DNA of 63,831 nucleotides, counting the filler, from Reclinomonas americana ATCC 50394 (lineage: Eukaryota): assembly GCA_048213135.1 (NCBI GenBank). It is 11 parts of 4 records of this genome, joined end to end, with 100 filler letters (N's around TTAATTAATTAA, not from the genome) between each part and the next. Parts side by side here need not be neighbours in the genome. Positions count along the whole stretch, not along the records: positions 17,641 to 42,367 come from PS015013.1; positions 42,468 to 45,014 come from PS015013.1; positions 45,115 to 48,157 come from PS015013.1; positions 48,258 to 50,728 come from PS015013.1; positions 50,829 to 54,861 come from PS015013.1; 6 more parts are not named here. The stretch is one strand, 5' to 3'. Shown here piece after piece: positions 40,485-52,415 of this stretch. A model generated the notes under the pieces. That model saw nothing but the letters and a program-made list of their open reading frames with translations, was not told the DNA's origin and searched no databases. Made by a program: the position numbers and the translations under genes. Positions within the stretch are counted from its first letter, which is position 1. Every line of letters begins with the position of its first letter.

Positions 40485-42354
40485 ACCAGTTGTCGCTGCG
40501 ATATCTCCAGCCAGCGGCTGCTTCGCGGCATCGTAGTCGGCAGTCGCCACCATGTGCGGCTCATTGTCCTCGGACCAACGCAGCACGTACAGGTCGCTCA
40601 AGTAACCGGTCGTCATGCCACCGCCGTGTACCACACATCGTGCAACGTCTTTCAGGCACGATCCGGCGGCACCCTGCCGCGGTGAAGGCACCGTTCCGCG
40701 AACACGGGGCGCGCGCCAGACTCCGGAGCCTGCATTCGCGCGGGGTCAGAGTGGAGGCAGACGGGAGAGACAAAGATGAAGAAGAAGCAGAAGCGCACCG
40801 ATATCCAGCAGCTTGATGTCGTCCAAAAGACCCTCGTCGCCAGCGTCACCACCGAACGCCAACAGGTGCATGTGGCCACCGTATTCGACGGCGTCCAGCA
40901 TGTGATAGGCACGNNNNNNNNNNNNNNNNNNNNNNNNNNNNNNNNNNNNNNNNNNNNNNNNNNNNNNNNNNNNNNNNNNNNNNNNNNNNNNNNNNNNNNN
41001 NNNNNNNNNNNNNNNNTGTCGTCAATACGCTGACTTGGTGTTCTGACGCGCACACTTTTCTCTACGCAGACAAAGCTTCGCGACCGCCATGGAGCGCCTC
41101 CGTTCGGTCGAGAACCAGGTCACCGAGTTGTGCATGCGCTTGAGTGCGCTGGATGATGATTTGCAGGTTGCGTGTGCAGTGTGTTGCCGACGGTGTGTGT
41201 GCATGTGTGCGTTTGGCTCACTGGCTTGCGTGCGTACAGCGCATCGTGTCGAGTTTGGAGGAGTCGGAGAGGATCGAGGTGACCCTGATCTCGCGCAGCA
41301 AGTCCCAGAAGTCGGAGCTGGAGTCGATTGACCGCGAGTCAGAGGAGTCGCTGGCCGAGCGCAAGTCACTAGAGACGGAGCGCGATGAGGTGTATTCGAG
41401 GTTGCGCGCGGCCGTGCGAGAGCACCGCCCAGTGGTGCAGCGACTCAAGCGACTCCGCAAGGTCGGCAACTGTCGTTTTTTCTCCTTTTGTTTCTCCCCC
41501 CTGCTACTCACACTGCTCGACAGAAAACCGAAGAGGTCAACGACAAGCTGCGCTTGCTGGCCGACCTCGACCAGACGCTGAAGCATGCTCACGTACGTCT
41601 CTCATCAAACTGCGTGTCACTGCCACTTTGCCTGTGCATAATGTCGCTTCCGATGCAGACCGTCGAGGAGCAGCTGCAGAAGCAGCAAGTTGNNNNNNNN
41701 NNNNNNNNNNNNATGAGGTGTCGACGACGAGCAGCAAGAGCACGACAACTGTGGTGCAAACGAAGCAGACGCGCATTTCGCAGCGACTGTGGGACGACCA
41801 CTCTCCCATTACCTGTGCGACGGCTGAGATCCCGGCTCTGGAGGAGGACGATGTGCTGCTGAGTGACTCAGAGTCTGTCACCTCGGAGGTCGTCACCGAC
41901 GAGGACGTGCTGGAGGAGTCCAAGACGAGCGAAACCAGCAACAGTTGAGCGCAGTGCTTCGCCGTCAGTCCACCCCACTTCCATTCACTTTTTTGTTGCC
42001 AACAGAGTCCAAGCTGGCCGTGTCGGAGAAGTTGGCGAAGCGAGTGTTGGCCGAGCGTCATTCACTGCAGCAGCTCAAGAGCAACCTGGAGACGCGCATC
42101 CTGAGTGTGGAGGCTCGCGACTCGCAGTTGTCGGCCCTCATCAAGGAGATCCAGGCCGAGCGTGTGCAGGTGGAGACCAAGATCAAGGCCCTCGACTGTC
42201 GCGAGATTGAGCTGCGAGAGCGCCGCACTCCGCTCAAGCGCAAAAACGAAGACACACTGGAGGAGCTCCGATTGCTGCGCGAGGTGAGTCGAGACCTCGT
42301 CGGCAATGTGCAGTTTCCTATTATTTTTCGCCTGACTTGCAGTTGTTGCTGTTA
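38684..42354 (+). CDS. Secreted kelch-repeat protein with a C-terminal coiled coil; central part on inverted sub-contig 39924-40913; 3' end uncertain
   Basis: Signal peptide MRVALLLLVLVVAITTTATA; repeats PSGRMGASM..LLLFGG, PSPRTGHCSV..MYIIGG, SPREGHRCV..IYVVGG, RAYH..LLAFGG, PSPRQG..VVHGG; heptad-rich exons at 41069-42283. Confidence 0.75.
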
Positions 42355-42467
42355 GCGTATTTCGAGCNNNNNNNNNNNNNNNNNNNNNNNNNNNNNNNNN
42401 NNNNNNNNNNNTTAATTAATTAANNNNNNNNNNNNNNNNNNNNNNNNNNNNNNNNNNNNNNNNNNNN

Positions 42468-45400
42468 TGGACCCACCGAGTCGCTCTTGAGCAACCACTC
42501 CGCCTCAAACGCGTCCAAGTGTTGTTCTGTACATGTACAAAGAGAAGTGAGTGAATGACGGAGCTAGCTGCTGGAGATACATGTACTCACCACAGAGAGA
42601 TGCCGCAGCCGAAAATTGTTCAGAGGTGCCGGGCAACGCCATACCAGCGAAGTAAATAGCCGAGACCATCAGCTGACGCATGTCGTTGAGAACTGACAGG
42701 CGTGCGTCGGCATTGGCGCCGCCGGGTGCCACCAGCGTGTGCACAGCAGCTGGAACAGTTTCCAACAGCGACAACAAGAGTCCCCTCAGCGACCGACTCG
42801 CCCTCGTCACACAAAACTCGTCGTACTCGTGATCCGTGAACGCCGTCAGTCTCTTGAGTGACTGTTCAACATCTGCAACCATGCCTCCGTCTCCGTCACC
42901 GGGTGCCGCGCCTCCATCACGTGGACGACCGTGGAACAAATGCGCGTTCACAAATCGACTGACAGACAGGGAGTGGGTCCACAACTCGTCAAGCACGCCA
43001 ACAATTCGTTGGAAACGCCCAGCAACGCTGGCTCCACCGTAATCCACTGCAGGTGCGATAAATGGCCGCAGGAGATGTATCGCCTCACGTACAACCTCGC
43101 ATGCCAGCTTGTCGACCAATTTTGCCGAGCGAGCAAATGTCGTCGACGCGACCACAGTCTCCTCCAACTTCATCAGAGTGTCGGCGCCGTCCAGGGCCGG
43201 AGGCCACAGTCGGCGCTCCTGCACCTCTCCTTCCTCCACCTCCAACACAGCACAGCGGATGAGGTGCGACACAATGTGCAGTTCACGTTTTCGTACGTGC
43301 GCAATGTCGTGTGGGTCAAGTGCGGCGGCAAGGCGAGCAGCAGTACCTAGAGAACAACACCGTCAGTGCGCTGAGAGGAGACGACATTCATGACTTCCAA
43401 AGGAACGAAAACCAACATCGGGCGCGGTACCCTTCATCTCCAACACTCTCTCGCTGCACCACTGACACAACGAACAGACACACAACTCACCTCGCACAAA
43501 CGAGACAACAAGTGGTGCCAGGGCAGTGAGCTGTGCGTCCTGCAGTCGCACACCCGGTACGTACGAACGCAAGAACTCAGCGGCATCTGTCGACGACCTC
43601 CAGCGATGGAAGTCGTCTCCACGCGATGTCCACGCGCTGCAGTCGATAACTGGCGACCGCATTGCGCACGTTGGCCTCTGCTGCCCTTGCTCACGGCGTG
43701 CTCGAAGCAGGACAAGCTTGTTGTGGGCGACCAGCTTCTCCGAAGCTACGATGGCAGCAACGTCACGTTCATGCGACAAGGCCAAGAGCGTCTCGACATC
43801 AGCACGCATGGATATGCACAAATCATTCCTGCATCGTTCCAGGCAACGCCTCACGCACGTGCGACTGAAAAAGAACAAATATGAAACGAAACAGTGAGAC
43901 AACAAGGGCGATTGAGCAGCATGCACCAACGAGAACAACAACGACTCACAGTTCAGGTGTCAGCGTGTCGACCGACTCGGCGCCGGCACCAAAGTCCACC
44001 GATGCCGCCCGCAGCAACTCCTCGATGTTGGAGTCCAGTTCGGGAGCACCAGATATAGACACCCGAGAACGCGCGCCGCTGTGAACCAGAAGCGTCCGCG
44101 CTGCGCGATTCAACTGGTGCGTGAGATCAGCGAGCAACGCCAGCGCCGAGACAACTGCGTCGAGCAACGAGAAGTAAGTGTATCGTGCAGCACGGAGTGC
44201 ATCAATCGATCGTAATGAACACACCAGCCGTGTCATCGCGCTTGACTGTCTTCTTCTTCTTCGCCTGCGGTGCACTCCCTGCAGCAGCAGGAGCAGCAGG
44301 AGCAGCAGGTGGCGCTGCCTCCTCTCCTTCCTCGTCCACGTCTCCACTGCCGCCGTCGTCATTGTCGTCCAGCTCATCGATATCACCGTCGTCAATGTCG
44401 ATTTCGGCGTGCCCTGTCGCAGCCACGTCGGCGCCATCCTCTACAGCGTCCGCCACACTGTCGGCAGCGGCAGTAAAGTCCAGTTCATCGGTGTCACTGT
44501 CGTCATGACCATCCTCCACCGCCGTTGCCGTTGCGATCGCCGCCGAGGCCGCCGCTTGTACGAGCACATCGTGTGGCACGCGCAATTCTTGAAGAGTCGC
44601 GGCAAACACGTGAAGGTCGTCAAGAGTGTAGTCAACAGTTGGATGCATCACGCCACGCTCCGGAGCCAGTTGAAGTGGAAGTGCACGATCAGCGATGGTG
44701 GCCACCAGGCCTCGGAAGACCAACCGCCGTTTGCGCAGTGTCAGCCGCTTCGACTCTGACACATTCTCGCGGCTGTCGCATTGTGTCTTGACAAGTTGCT
44801 TCAGCCGACCAGCAATCGCCACCAAATCGTCCTCACAGCGGAATGAGTAGAGGGAGATTACATCACATTGCAATTGGCAGTCGACAGCGTCTGCATGACA
44901 CATTTCAAAACTCAGTCACGCAATCCAGGATGCAAGCACACGCGCGACAACGCACCCATCGCCTCCAGCGCAGGTGCAGCAGCAGTGACCGGTGCAGCAG
45001 GAATCGGCGGCGAGNNNNNNNNNNNNNNNNNNNNNNNNNNNNNNNNNNNNNNNNNNNNTTAATTAATTAANNNNNNNNNNNNNNNNNNNNNNNNNNNNNN
45101 NNNNNNNNNNNNNNGGTGCAGCAGCAGTGACCGGTGCAGCAGGAATCGGCGGCGAGTAGTGGCGTTTTTGCGCTGCTGTGGCAACGTGGAGCACGGCCCT
45201 CCACGCTTTCCCTATTGTCACGAGCAGAACGTGAGACACTGCTAGCTGGTGCAATGTAACCAGCTTGACTTTGCACGGATTAACGCAACTCAATTGTCGA
45301 CGCTGTTCCACAAACACAGCACTGAGGTGACGGAGCGTCTCCTCGGCCACCGCAACGAATGCAGCGTCGACAGCCTGTCTTCGGTCAAAGTCTACTCCAA

Positions 45401-45880
45401 GTTCGGTGATAAGTGCAGGAAGAACAGCGAAATCGGCGCAGCTGGAGAGACACACGCACCACATTGGAGCAACGTGAGACGAGCAACGGATGCGAGCATG
45501 CTGCGCAGCACGCTGTTCGTGCCACGGAAGCCGTCATCCAGCTTCGCTTGCATCTCCGCATCGATGCCAATGATGTCGGACAGCACGGGCAGCGTGGCAA
45601 GCCATTCGTGTGTCTCGTCATTGGCGTCGCGACCGGGCACAAACAGAGCGCACAGACAAAGTGCGTTGCGGAACGAACCCCAGAAGTTGTTCATCACGGC
45701 TGCACGCGGCGTGTTAAGACATCAATGGCGCGCGTACCGCCACCGAGTCGAACACGCAAAACGCACCTCGGGCCTCTGCGTCCGCCTCTCCTGCGACCGG
45801 GCCTGCTGCATCTGGGATTGCAGCGACCGCCGTATTCAAGACCGAGAAGTAGCCTTCAGCTGCACACAAAAGGTCAGCCA
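42468..45880 (-). CDS. Large hypothetical helical protein (partial, across a linker); weak resemblance to FIRRM/C1orf112-type proteins
   Basis: Chain of long minus-strand exons (42505-43272, 43500-43865, 43950-44890, 45115-45430...) joined by GT-AG introns, with an acidic insert; family assignment is only an impression. Confidence 0.5.
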
Positions 45881-46216
45881 GTCACACCACCAATTGCAAC
45901 AAGANNNNNNNNNNNNNNNNNNNNNNNNNNNNNNNNNNNNNNNNNNNNNNNNNNNNNNNNNNNNNNNNNNNNNNNNNNNNNNNNNNNNNNNNNNNNNNNN
46001 NNNNNNNNNNNNNNNNNNNNNNNNNNNNNNNNNNNNNNNNNNNNNNNNNNNNNNNNNNNNNNNNNNNNNNNNNNNNNNNNNNNNNNNNNNNNNNNNNNNN
46101 NNNNNNNNNNNNNNNNNNNNNNNNNNNNNNNNNNNNNNNNNNNNNNNNNNNNNNNNNNNNNNNNNNNNNNNNNNNNNNNNNNNNNNNNNNNNNNNNNNNN
46201 NNNACTACCTACCTAC

Positions 46217-46248
46217 CACACACACACACACACACACTACTACTACTA

Positions 46249-46342
<94 letters not shown>
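46217..46342. repeat. (CA)n microsatellite
   Basis: Direct. Confidence 0.95.
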
Positions 46343-46345
<3 letters not shown>

Positions 46346-46389
46346 GTCATGAACAAATTAAACATGCCCCAGAGCGGCGACAACGACAC

Positions 46390-47959
46390 CTAAAAAGTGC
46401 TGCCCACCCCTCCTCCTCCCTCCACCACCATGCGATCGACTGCTGCTGCTGCTGCTGCTGGAGAGGGAACGGACACACCGCAAGAAAAAAAGGAGAAAGG
46501 AGGAATACACAAACCACACCATCCCACATCCATGGAGATAAAAACGCACCGGTGCTGCCGCTAGCGCTGTTTCTGATGGCGCTGGCGCTTCTCCTGTGTT
46601 CGTGTTTTGCCTCTTCCGCGGTGGCTCCTGTGCGCCTGTGTCCTTCTCTTTGCCATAAACAAGTTTCGGCGGCACTTTCGCCAACGCTCGATTTTTGTGC
46701 TTGAGGCAAACGGTTGCGGCCTCAACGAACGAGCAGACGGTCTGTCGCCCAATGTCGAGCGCAATATTCCGCAATAATGATTAGCGAGACCGTGACGTGC
46801 AAAGGTAGGACAGAGAGGCACACATAGAGACGCACCCTGAGAGACGCCAGCCAATCAGCCGCGACTTGCGAGTCAAAGAAGATGTGCATCATGTCGTCGT
46901 CGCTGGGCACTGCCACAGTCGAGGCCTGCGTCGGTGCTAAAGGCCACGGCATGCCTTTTTTCTTGCCGCGACGATGGCGTGCCTTTTGAAAAGCCACTCT
47001 CAAGTCTCGTCGACTCGCCGAGTTCCCGCTGTTGTGCCGAGTCGCCTCCACATGAGCTCTGTACACGTGCAGTGCACGCAACAGATTGCAAGTCAGTGAC
47101 GACGAAATCACGGAGAGACACATAAGAGTGCAAAGTAACCAAACTTGAGATCAACACAAGACGCCAAATCCACATTGCCAACGCGGAGTGCGTCCATTGT
47201 TGCAGCGTTGTCACCATCGAGGCGATAAATGTGCGCGACACGAGACGCGCAGAAACGGAGTTGCGCAACCATCCACCACTCACTGTCAGCAACCGCCAGC
47301 AGCATCTGGCGGTGCTGGTTTGGGACTGGTACATCAACGTAGCGAGGAAGCAAGAGCCTGGAGTGTGTGCGTTCGAGTGAGTGACCACAAGAGGCAAGAA
47401 ACAAAAGAGTGACGCCGAGCACGTAACAGCTCGCCGTCAACGACGCACGCCGTTTGGCGTCTGTTGCACGGAATCCGAGCGCTGAGAATGATGTCCCCGT
47501 CCTCCATCAAAATGAATGGTGACGTGAAGGCAGAATGGCCGCATGGTCTACCAAGAGTAAGTGAGGCGCGGTGAGAGGAAGTCAGCTTCCGCACGCACAG
47601 AGAACATGTTAACATAAAAAAGGAACATAGACGCACCTCCGTGATGTTTTTGCAGCAGTTGCCGAAGCACAAGTCTTGCGCTTGAGGTCGTCGAAGGACA
47701 GATTGGTCCTTGTCAAATCCCAGGCCATGGGCCTTCCAACACGGAAGACAATAGTCGGCTTGCCTGACTCCGCAGTTGCTCTCAGAGCATGTAGGTGCTT
47801 GCCAAAATGTGCCGCAGATTGTGTCGACTGCATGACCTTCCAGAGGAAAGACTCCTCCACGAGCGGCGCTATCGTACGGAATCCACGTGCAGGGCCTCGC
47901 TGGAGCCACGTTGCGGTATCGCCCGACTTGATGACATTGATGGCACAGGATGCGGACAT
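46390..47959 (-). CDS. Hypothetical protein (~6 exons)
   Basis: MSASCAINVIKSG...AKTSR|RPCGHSAF...RQTA|LLLPRYVDVPV...DLK|AHVEATR...WLASLR|TVCSFVEA...; all junctions GT-AG and in phase; last exon ambiguous. Confidence 0.55.
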
Positions 47960-48257
47960 GGAGGGCGGAGAGCACGTCTACGCGGGACATCAGCAGGAAG
48001 GAGAGGGGCGAAGGAGACGGGAGAGAAGGACAAAAGGAGAGCGGAGAACGGAGATTGAAAAAATGGCGAGAGTGGGGGAAAGGGCGGGGAGGAGAACGGT
48101 GGGAAGAACGGAGGCAAGAAAAGCAGCAAAGGAAAATAGGAAACAAACAGGCGAACGNNNNNNNNNNNNNNNNNNNNNNNNNNNNNNNNNNNNNNNNNNN
48201 NTTAATTAATTAANNNNNNNNNNNNNNNNNNNNNNNNNNNNNNNNNNNNNNNNNNNN

Positions 48258-51200
48258 GCCTTGCGCTCGAAAAAGTCGCGCCTTGCCTGCTCGGCATACG
48301 CGCGTTCCTGCTCCTCGCGTTCACGATCCTTGGAGCGCGCCGGGGGTGCGGGTGGCGCCGCACGGTCGCCATAGTAATCTCCACCTGATGGTGGCTCGGC
48401 GGCGCGCTGAACACCACCAGCGGCTGGCGCTCCGTGCATGTCGCTGGCCACCTGCTGCTTGATTCTGGCCTCCAGAGCCTTACGTTCGAAAAAGTCGCGG
48501 CGAGCTTGCTCAGCAAACGCACGCTCTTGCTCCTGCATATGACACAGCTCTGCATCAGCGACTCATAGATACAAGGAACACATATGCACGCAGCGACCAA
48601 CCTCGCGCTGCAGCTCTGCCTGTCGGCGTCGACCTTGAGACTCGGCATCGCGACGAGCAGCCTCTTCAGCCTCCATTTGCCGTGCTGACGGGCCGCGAAC
48701 TTGTTCCTCCACCTGTTCTCTCACCCGTCAGCAACAACACAAGGAAGAAAATCACAGGTCGAGTACTGTGACACACACCCTCTGACGGTTCTGCTGCGCT
48801 TGACGGCGGGCGTCCATGTATGCCTCGCGTGCTGCGTCTTCCTGCTGTCGCTGCCGCTCCATCTGCACAAAACAGCCACAAATCACACAGGTAAGAAGAG
48901 TGTTTGTGCACAAGTGCCACGGGAGGAAATGCGACGCACCTCGGCAAGACGGCGAGCAGCAGCCTCACGACTATCGGGTGCAGCCGCCGCAGCAGCGGGC
49001 GCGGGTGGAGGACGCTGCGCTCCAAACAAATCGGCCTGGAACTACGTGTGCGGGAATGCATGGTGGGTGATGCGGTGCGACTGCAAGAGACACAGAAACG
49101 ACTCGGCACGCAACTCGCTGACGATTGCGCGCCGCCAAGTCGCGCGCCTCCAAGTATGCTCGCTTGGCGGCCTCGGCTTCTGCAGAAATCTGGTGCGCTG
49201 CAGGCGCGGGAGGTGGCGCAACGGCACCAGCATCCATTCGTCGCTTCCTCTCCTCCTCCAGGCGCTCGTATTCGCGACGGTGACGCTCCTCAGCTTTGCT
49301 CATCACCACTCGCCTGTCGCACGCATCCACATCAATCACACCGTCCGCACAATGCACGCTCTGTCACGACAAAAATATGCACCTCTCGCCACCTTCCCCA
49401 GCAGGCGGTGATCCACCACCACCACCGCCGCCGGCAGGAGCTGCAGCAGCAGCAGCACCGGCCGCTGGACCGAACGGGTTCGCGCGCAACGCGGCGAGAT
49501 CGGCCTCGGCGCGACCTACATGCACGAGTGTGAGCACTCATACACATGCAGTAGCCACTCGAGTCACCACGCACCTTCGTTGCGCGCTGCAATGGCCTTG
49601 TACTTTTCCTTCAACTCAGCCTGCTGCTTGGCCAGTCGCTCGCGGTCGCGATGCTGCCGGGAGATGCGTTCCTCACGTTCTCGCTTCAGTTTCTCCAGTG
49701 CAACCTTGCGACGAGCCTCCTCGGCATCGCGCTGCCGTGCCGCCTCCTGAGCTCGCCGATCCTCCTCCAACCGCCGTCGCTCCTCCTCCAGTTTGCGTCG
49801 TTGCTCGGCAAGTTCGCGTCTTTCATTCTCCTGCGCACATAAACAGCAAATGTGAGCTGCAAATGTGCGTTGGCAAGCACCAACAACTGGAAGCACACGC
49901 ACCAAGCCCGCATCCCGAGCACTGTTCACCACCAGCAGCACGCCATTCGCTTGTCAGTTCAATGCTGCGATCAAGCAAGGTATTCGAGGAGAAAGATATG
50001 ACGCAACGGAGGTGCCTGCTCGCTTATGGCTGCACCCGACGGGCGGCGAGGCAGTGGAGGCTTGGCGGCGGCCGCGCCAGCGGCGGCACTCGGTCCACCA
50101 GCACCGACACCGCCGGCGGCTCCAGAGGGTCCGGCTCCCGACGGTCCGGCGCCTCCGTCCGACACGGCCCGTGAAATCGTGGCGTTCTTGCCAAACTCGG
50201 AGTGGATGATGCTGCGCGAGAGGAAGTTTTGGATGCGTGCCTGGATGAATGGCATGCGGAGAATGGTGTTGACACTCGGCCGCGACGCCGGGTTCTTCTG
50301 GAACATGGCGTCGATGAGGGCACGCAAATCCTGCACGACGCACAATCGAGTGAGAGACGTATGCGCACGAGGAAGCATGCTGGCGACTGTGCCAAGGCAA
50401 GTACCTTGCTGTACTTGGCCGGAATGGGTGGATAGATACCACGCAGAATCTTCAAAACCAAACCACGCATGTTGGCGGCGTCGAACGCATGCTTGAGCGT
50501 GGTCATCTCGTAGAGCACGCAGCCGAGGGCCCAGATATCCGACTTATTATTGTACGGCTTCTCCTGGCACAGCTCCGGGCTCAGGTAGTACGGCGTGCCG
50601 ACCATGGTGCGCGCGCAGTCCATGGTGCTGCGCAACACACGCGCAATGCCAAAATCGCCCAGCTTGACCATGTTGTTCTTGGTGATGAAGATGTTCTGCG
50701 TCTTCAGATCGCGATGCAGGATCTGCACNNNNNNNNNNNNNNNNNNNNNNNNNNNNNNNNNNNNNNNNNNNNTTAATTAATTAANNNNNNNNNNNNNNNN
50801 NNNNNNNNNNNNNNNNNNNNNNNNNNNNAACAGCAGCAGTGGTCAGTGGCGGCGAGGCAAGGAGGCCAAGAGGAAGAGGAGGTGCATGCGCCTTCTTGTC
50901 GTGCACATGCTTCAGCGCCAGCGTGATTTGCACAAACCAGTCGAGGATTTGCTGCACGCACAGACCCAAGTAAGCAGGCAGACACACGCACGCACATACA
51001 CAGAGCGACAGTGACGCAACATCCTCGTCCAGCAAGGTGCCTTTCTGCGCCTGCAGTCGACCATACAGATCGCCTGTGCAAGAAGATAGGTCACACAAAG
51101 TCAAAGAGAGAGGCACGACTGGAAAAGGGGAAAAGAGAGTGACCTTTCTCTGCAAACTCCATGGTGATGCACAGAGAACCGCCCGACTCGAAGCTCTCAA

Positions 51201-51953
51201 TGTAGCGCACAATGTTGGGATGCCGCAGCGATGACAACACCTTGACCTCATTCAGTGCTTCCGCGCGCTGCAAATCAATCACAGAGGAAAGAGAGTGAGA
51301 GTGAGAGAGACAGCATGACTGCCTCTTGTTGTTCTCACCTCCTTCTGGCTCATGCCCGAGATGTTGATTTGCTTGACTGTGTGTGTGTGTTGTCGAGCAT
51401 GTGTGTGAGATCAATCTGTGTTTCTTTCACTCTCTCTCTCTCTCTCTCTCTCTGTGCTTGTGTANNNNNNNNNNNNNNNNNNNNGCGATCGGCACATACC
51501 CCAGAACGCGCTAACGACAGCAGGGATGGCAGGCAGAAAAAACGAAATCTCTTCTCAAGTGCAGAGACATCTCGAGAGTCAAAAAGTCCTGTGCATTCGA
51601 GTGCAGTCTTTCTTGTGTCGCGCACACAGGCACACTACTGTCAGTCGCAGAGGAGGAGAAGCAGTGTGCACAACCGCTGTAGACCATGGAGCGCTATCGA
51701 AAGATCAAGCTCGTGGGCAAGGTTCTTCATTCTACAGAGACGCACACACACACACGCACACGCTGAGAGAGAGAGAGAGAAGAAGAAGAAGAAGAAGAAG
51801 AAGAAGAGTGCTGTGTGTTCCTCTCAGTCTCACTTGCCACTCACTCACATGGAAAACGAATGTGACAACACACACACAGGGCACATTCGGTGCCGCCTAT
51901 CTCGTGGAGGAGAAGGCGACTGGGAAAATGTACATCAGTTGCGCGCGCACACA
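48258..51953 (-). CDS. NIMA-related kinase (NEK1/3/5-like) with a long coiled-coil tail; first exons on an inverted sub-contig (ATG at 51686, + strand)
   Basis: [115 protein letters not shown]. Confidence 0.95.
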
Positions 51954-52415
51954 NNNNNNNNNNNNNNNNNNNNNNNNNNNNNNNNNNNNNNNNNNNNNNN
52001 NNNNNNNNNNNNNNNNNNNNNNNNNNNNNNNNNNNNNNNNNNNNNNNNNNNNNNNNNNNNNNNNNNNNNNNNNNNNNNNNNNNNNNNNNNNNNNNNNNNN
52101 NNNNNNNNNNNNNNNNNNNNNNNNNNNNNNNNNNNNNNNNNNNNNNNNNNNNNNNNNNNNNNNNNNNNNNNNNNNNNNNNNNNNNNNNNNNNNNNNNNNN
52201 NNNNNNNNNNNNNNNNNNNNNNNNNNNNNNNNNNNNNNNNNNNNNNNNNNNNNNNNNNNNNNNNNNNNNNNNNNNNNNNNNNNNNNNNNNNNNNGTGGTG
52301 GTTACGCGAACAGAGATTGCAGCGTAGGAAAAAAGCAAAAAGGCAAGTGGCGTTGTTGTTGGTGCTCATTATTACGTGATTTTTTGTTTCATAACATCGC
52401 GACGTCGTCCGTCAA

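Noticed and set aside
44974-45156. Direct repeat of ~41 nt on both sides of a linker
   Set aside because: Unmerged contig overlap within one exon; joining them restores the reading frame
47334-48146. 270-aa Cys-rich ORF suggesting a novel zinc-cluster protein, and an apparent GA|GGT non-canonical donor
   Set aside because: The alternative frame (47609-47959) splices canonically and in phase (AG|GTGCGT...TAG|A) to the next exons; the Cys-rich frame is a shadow
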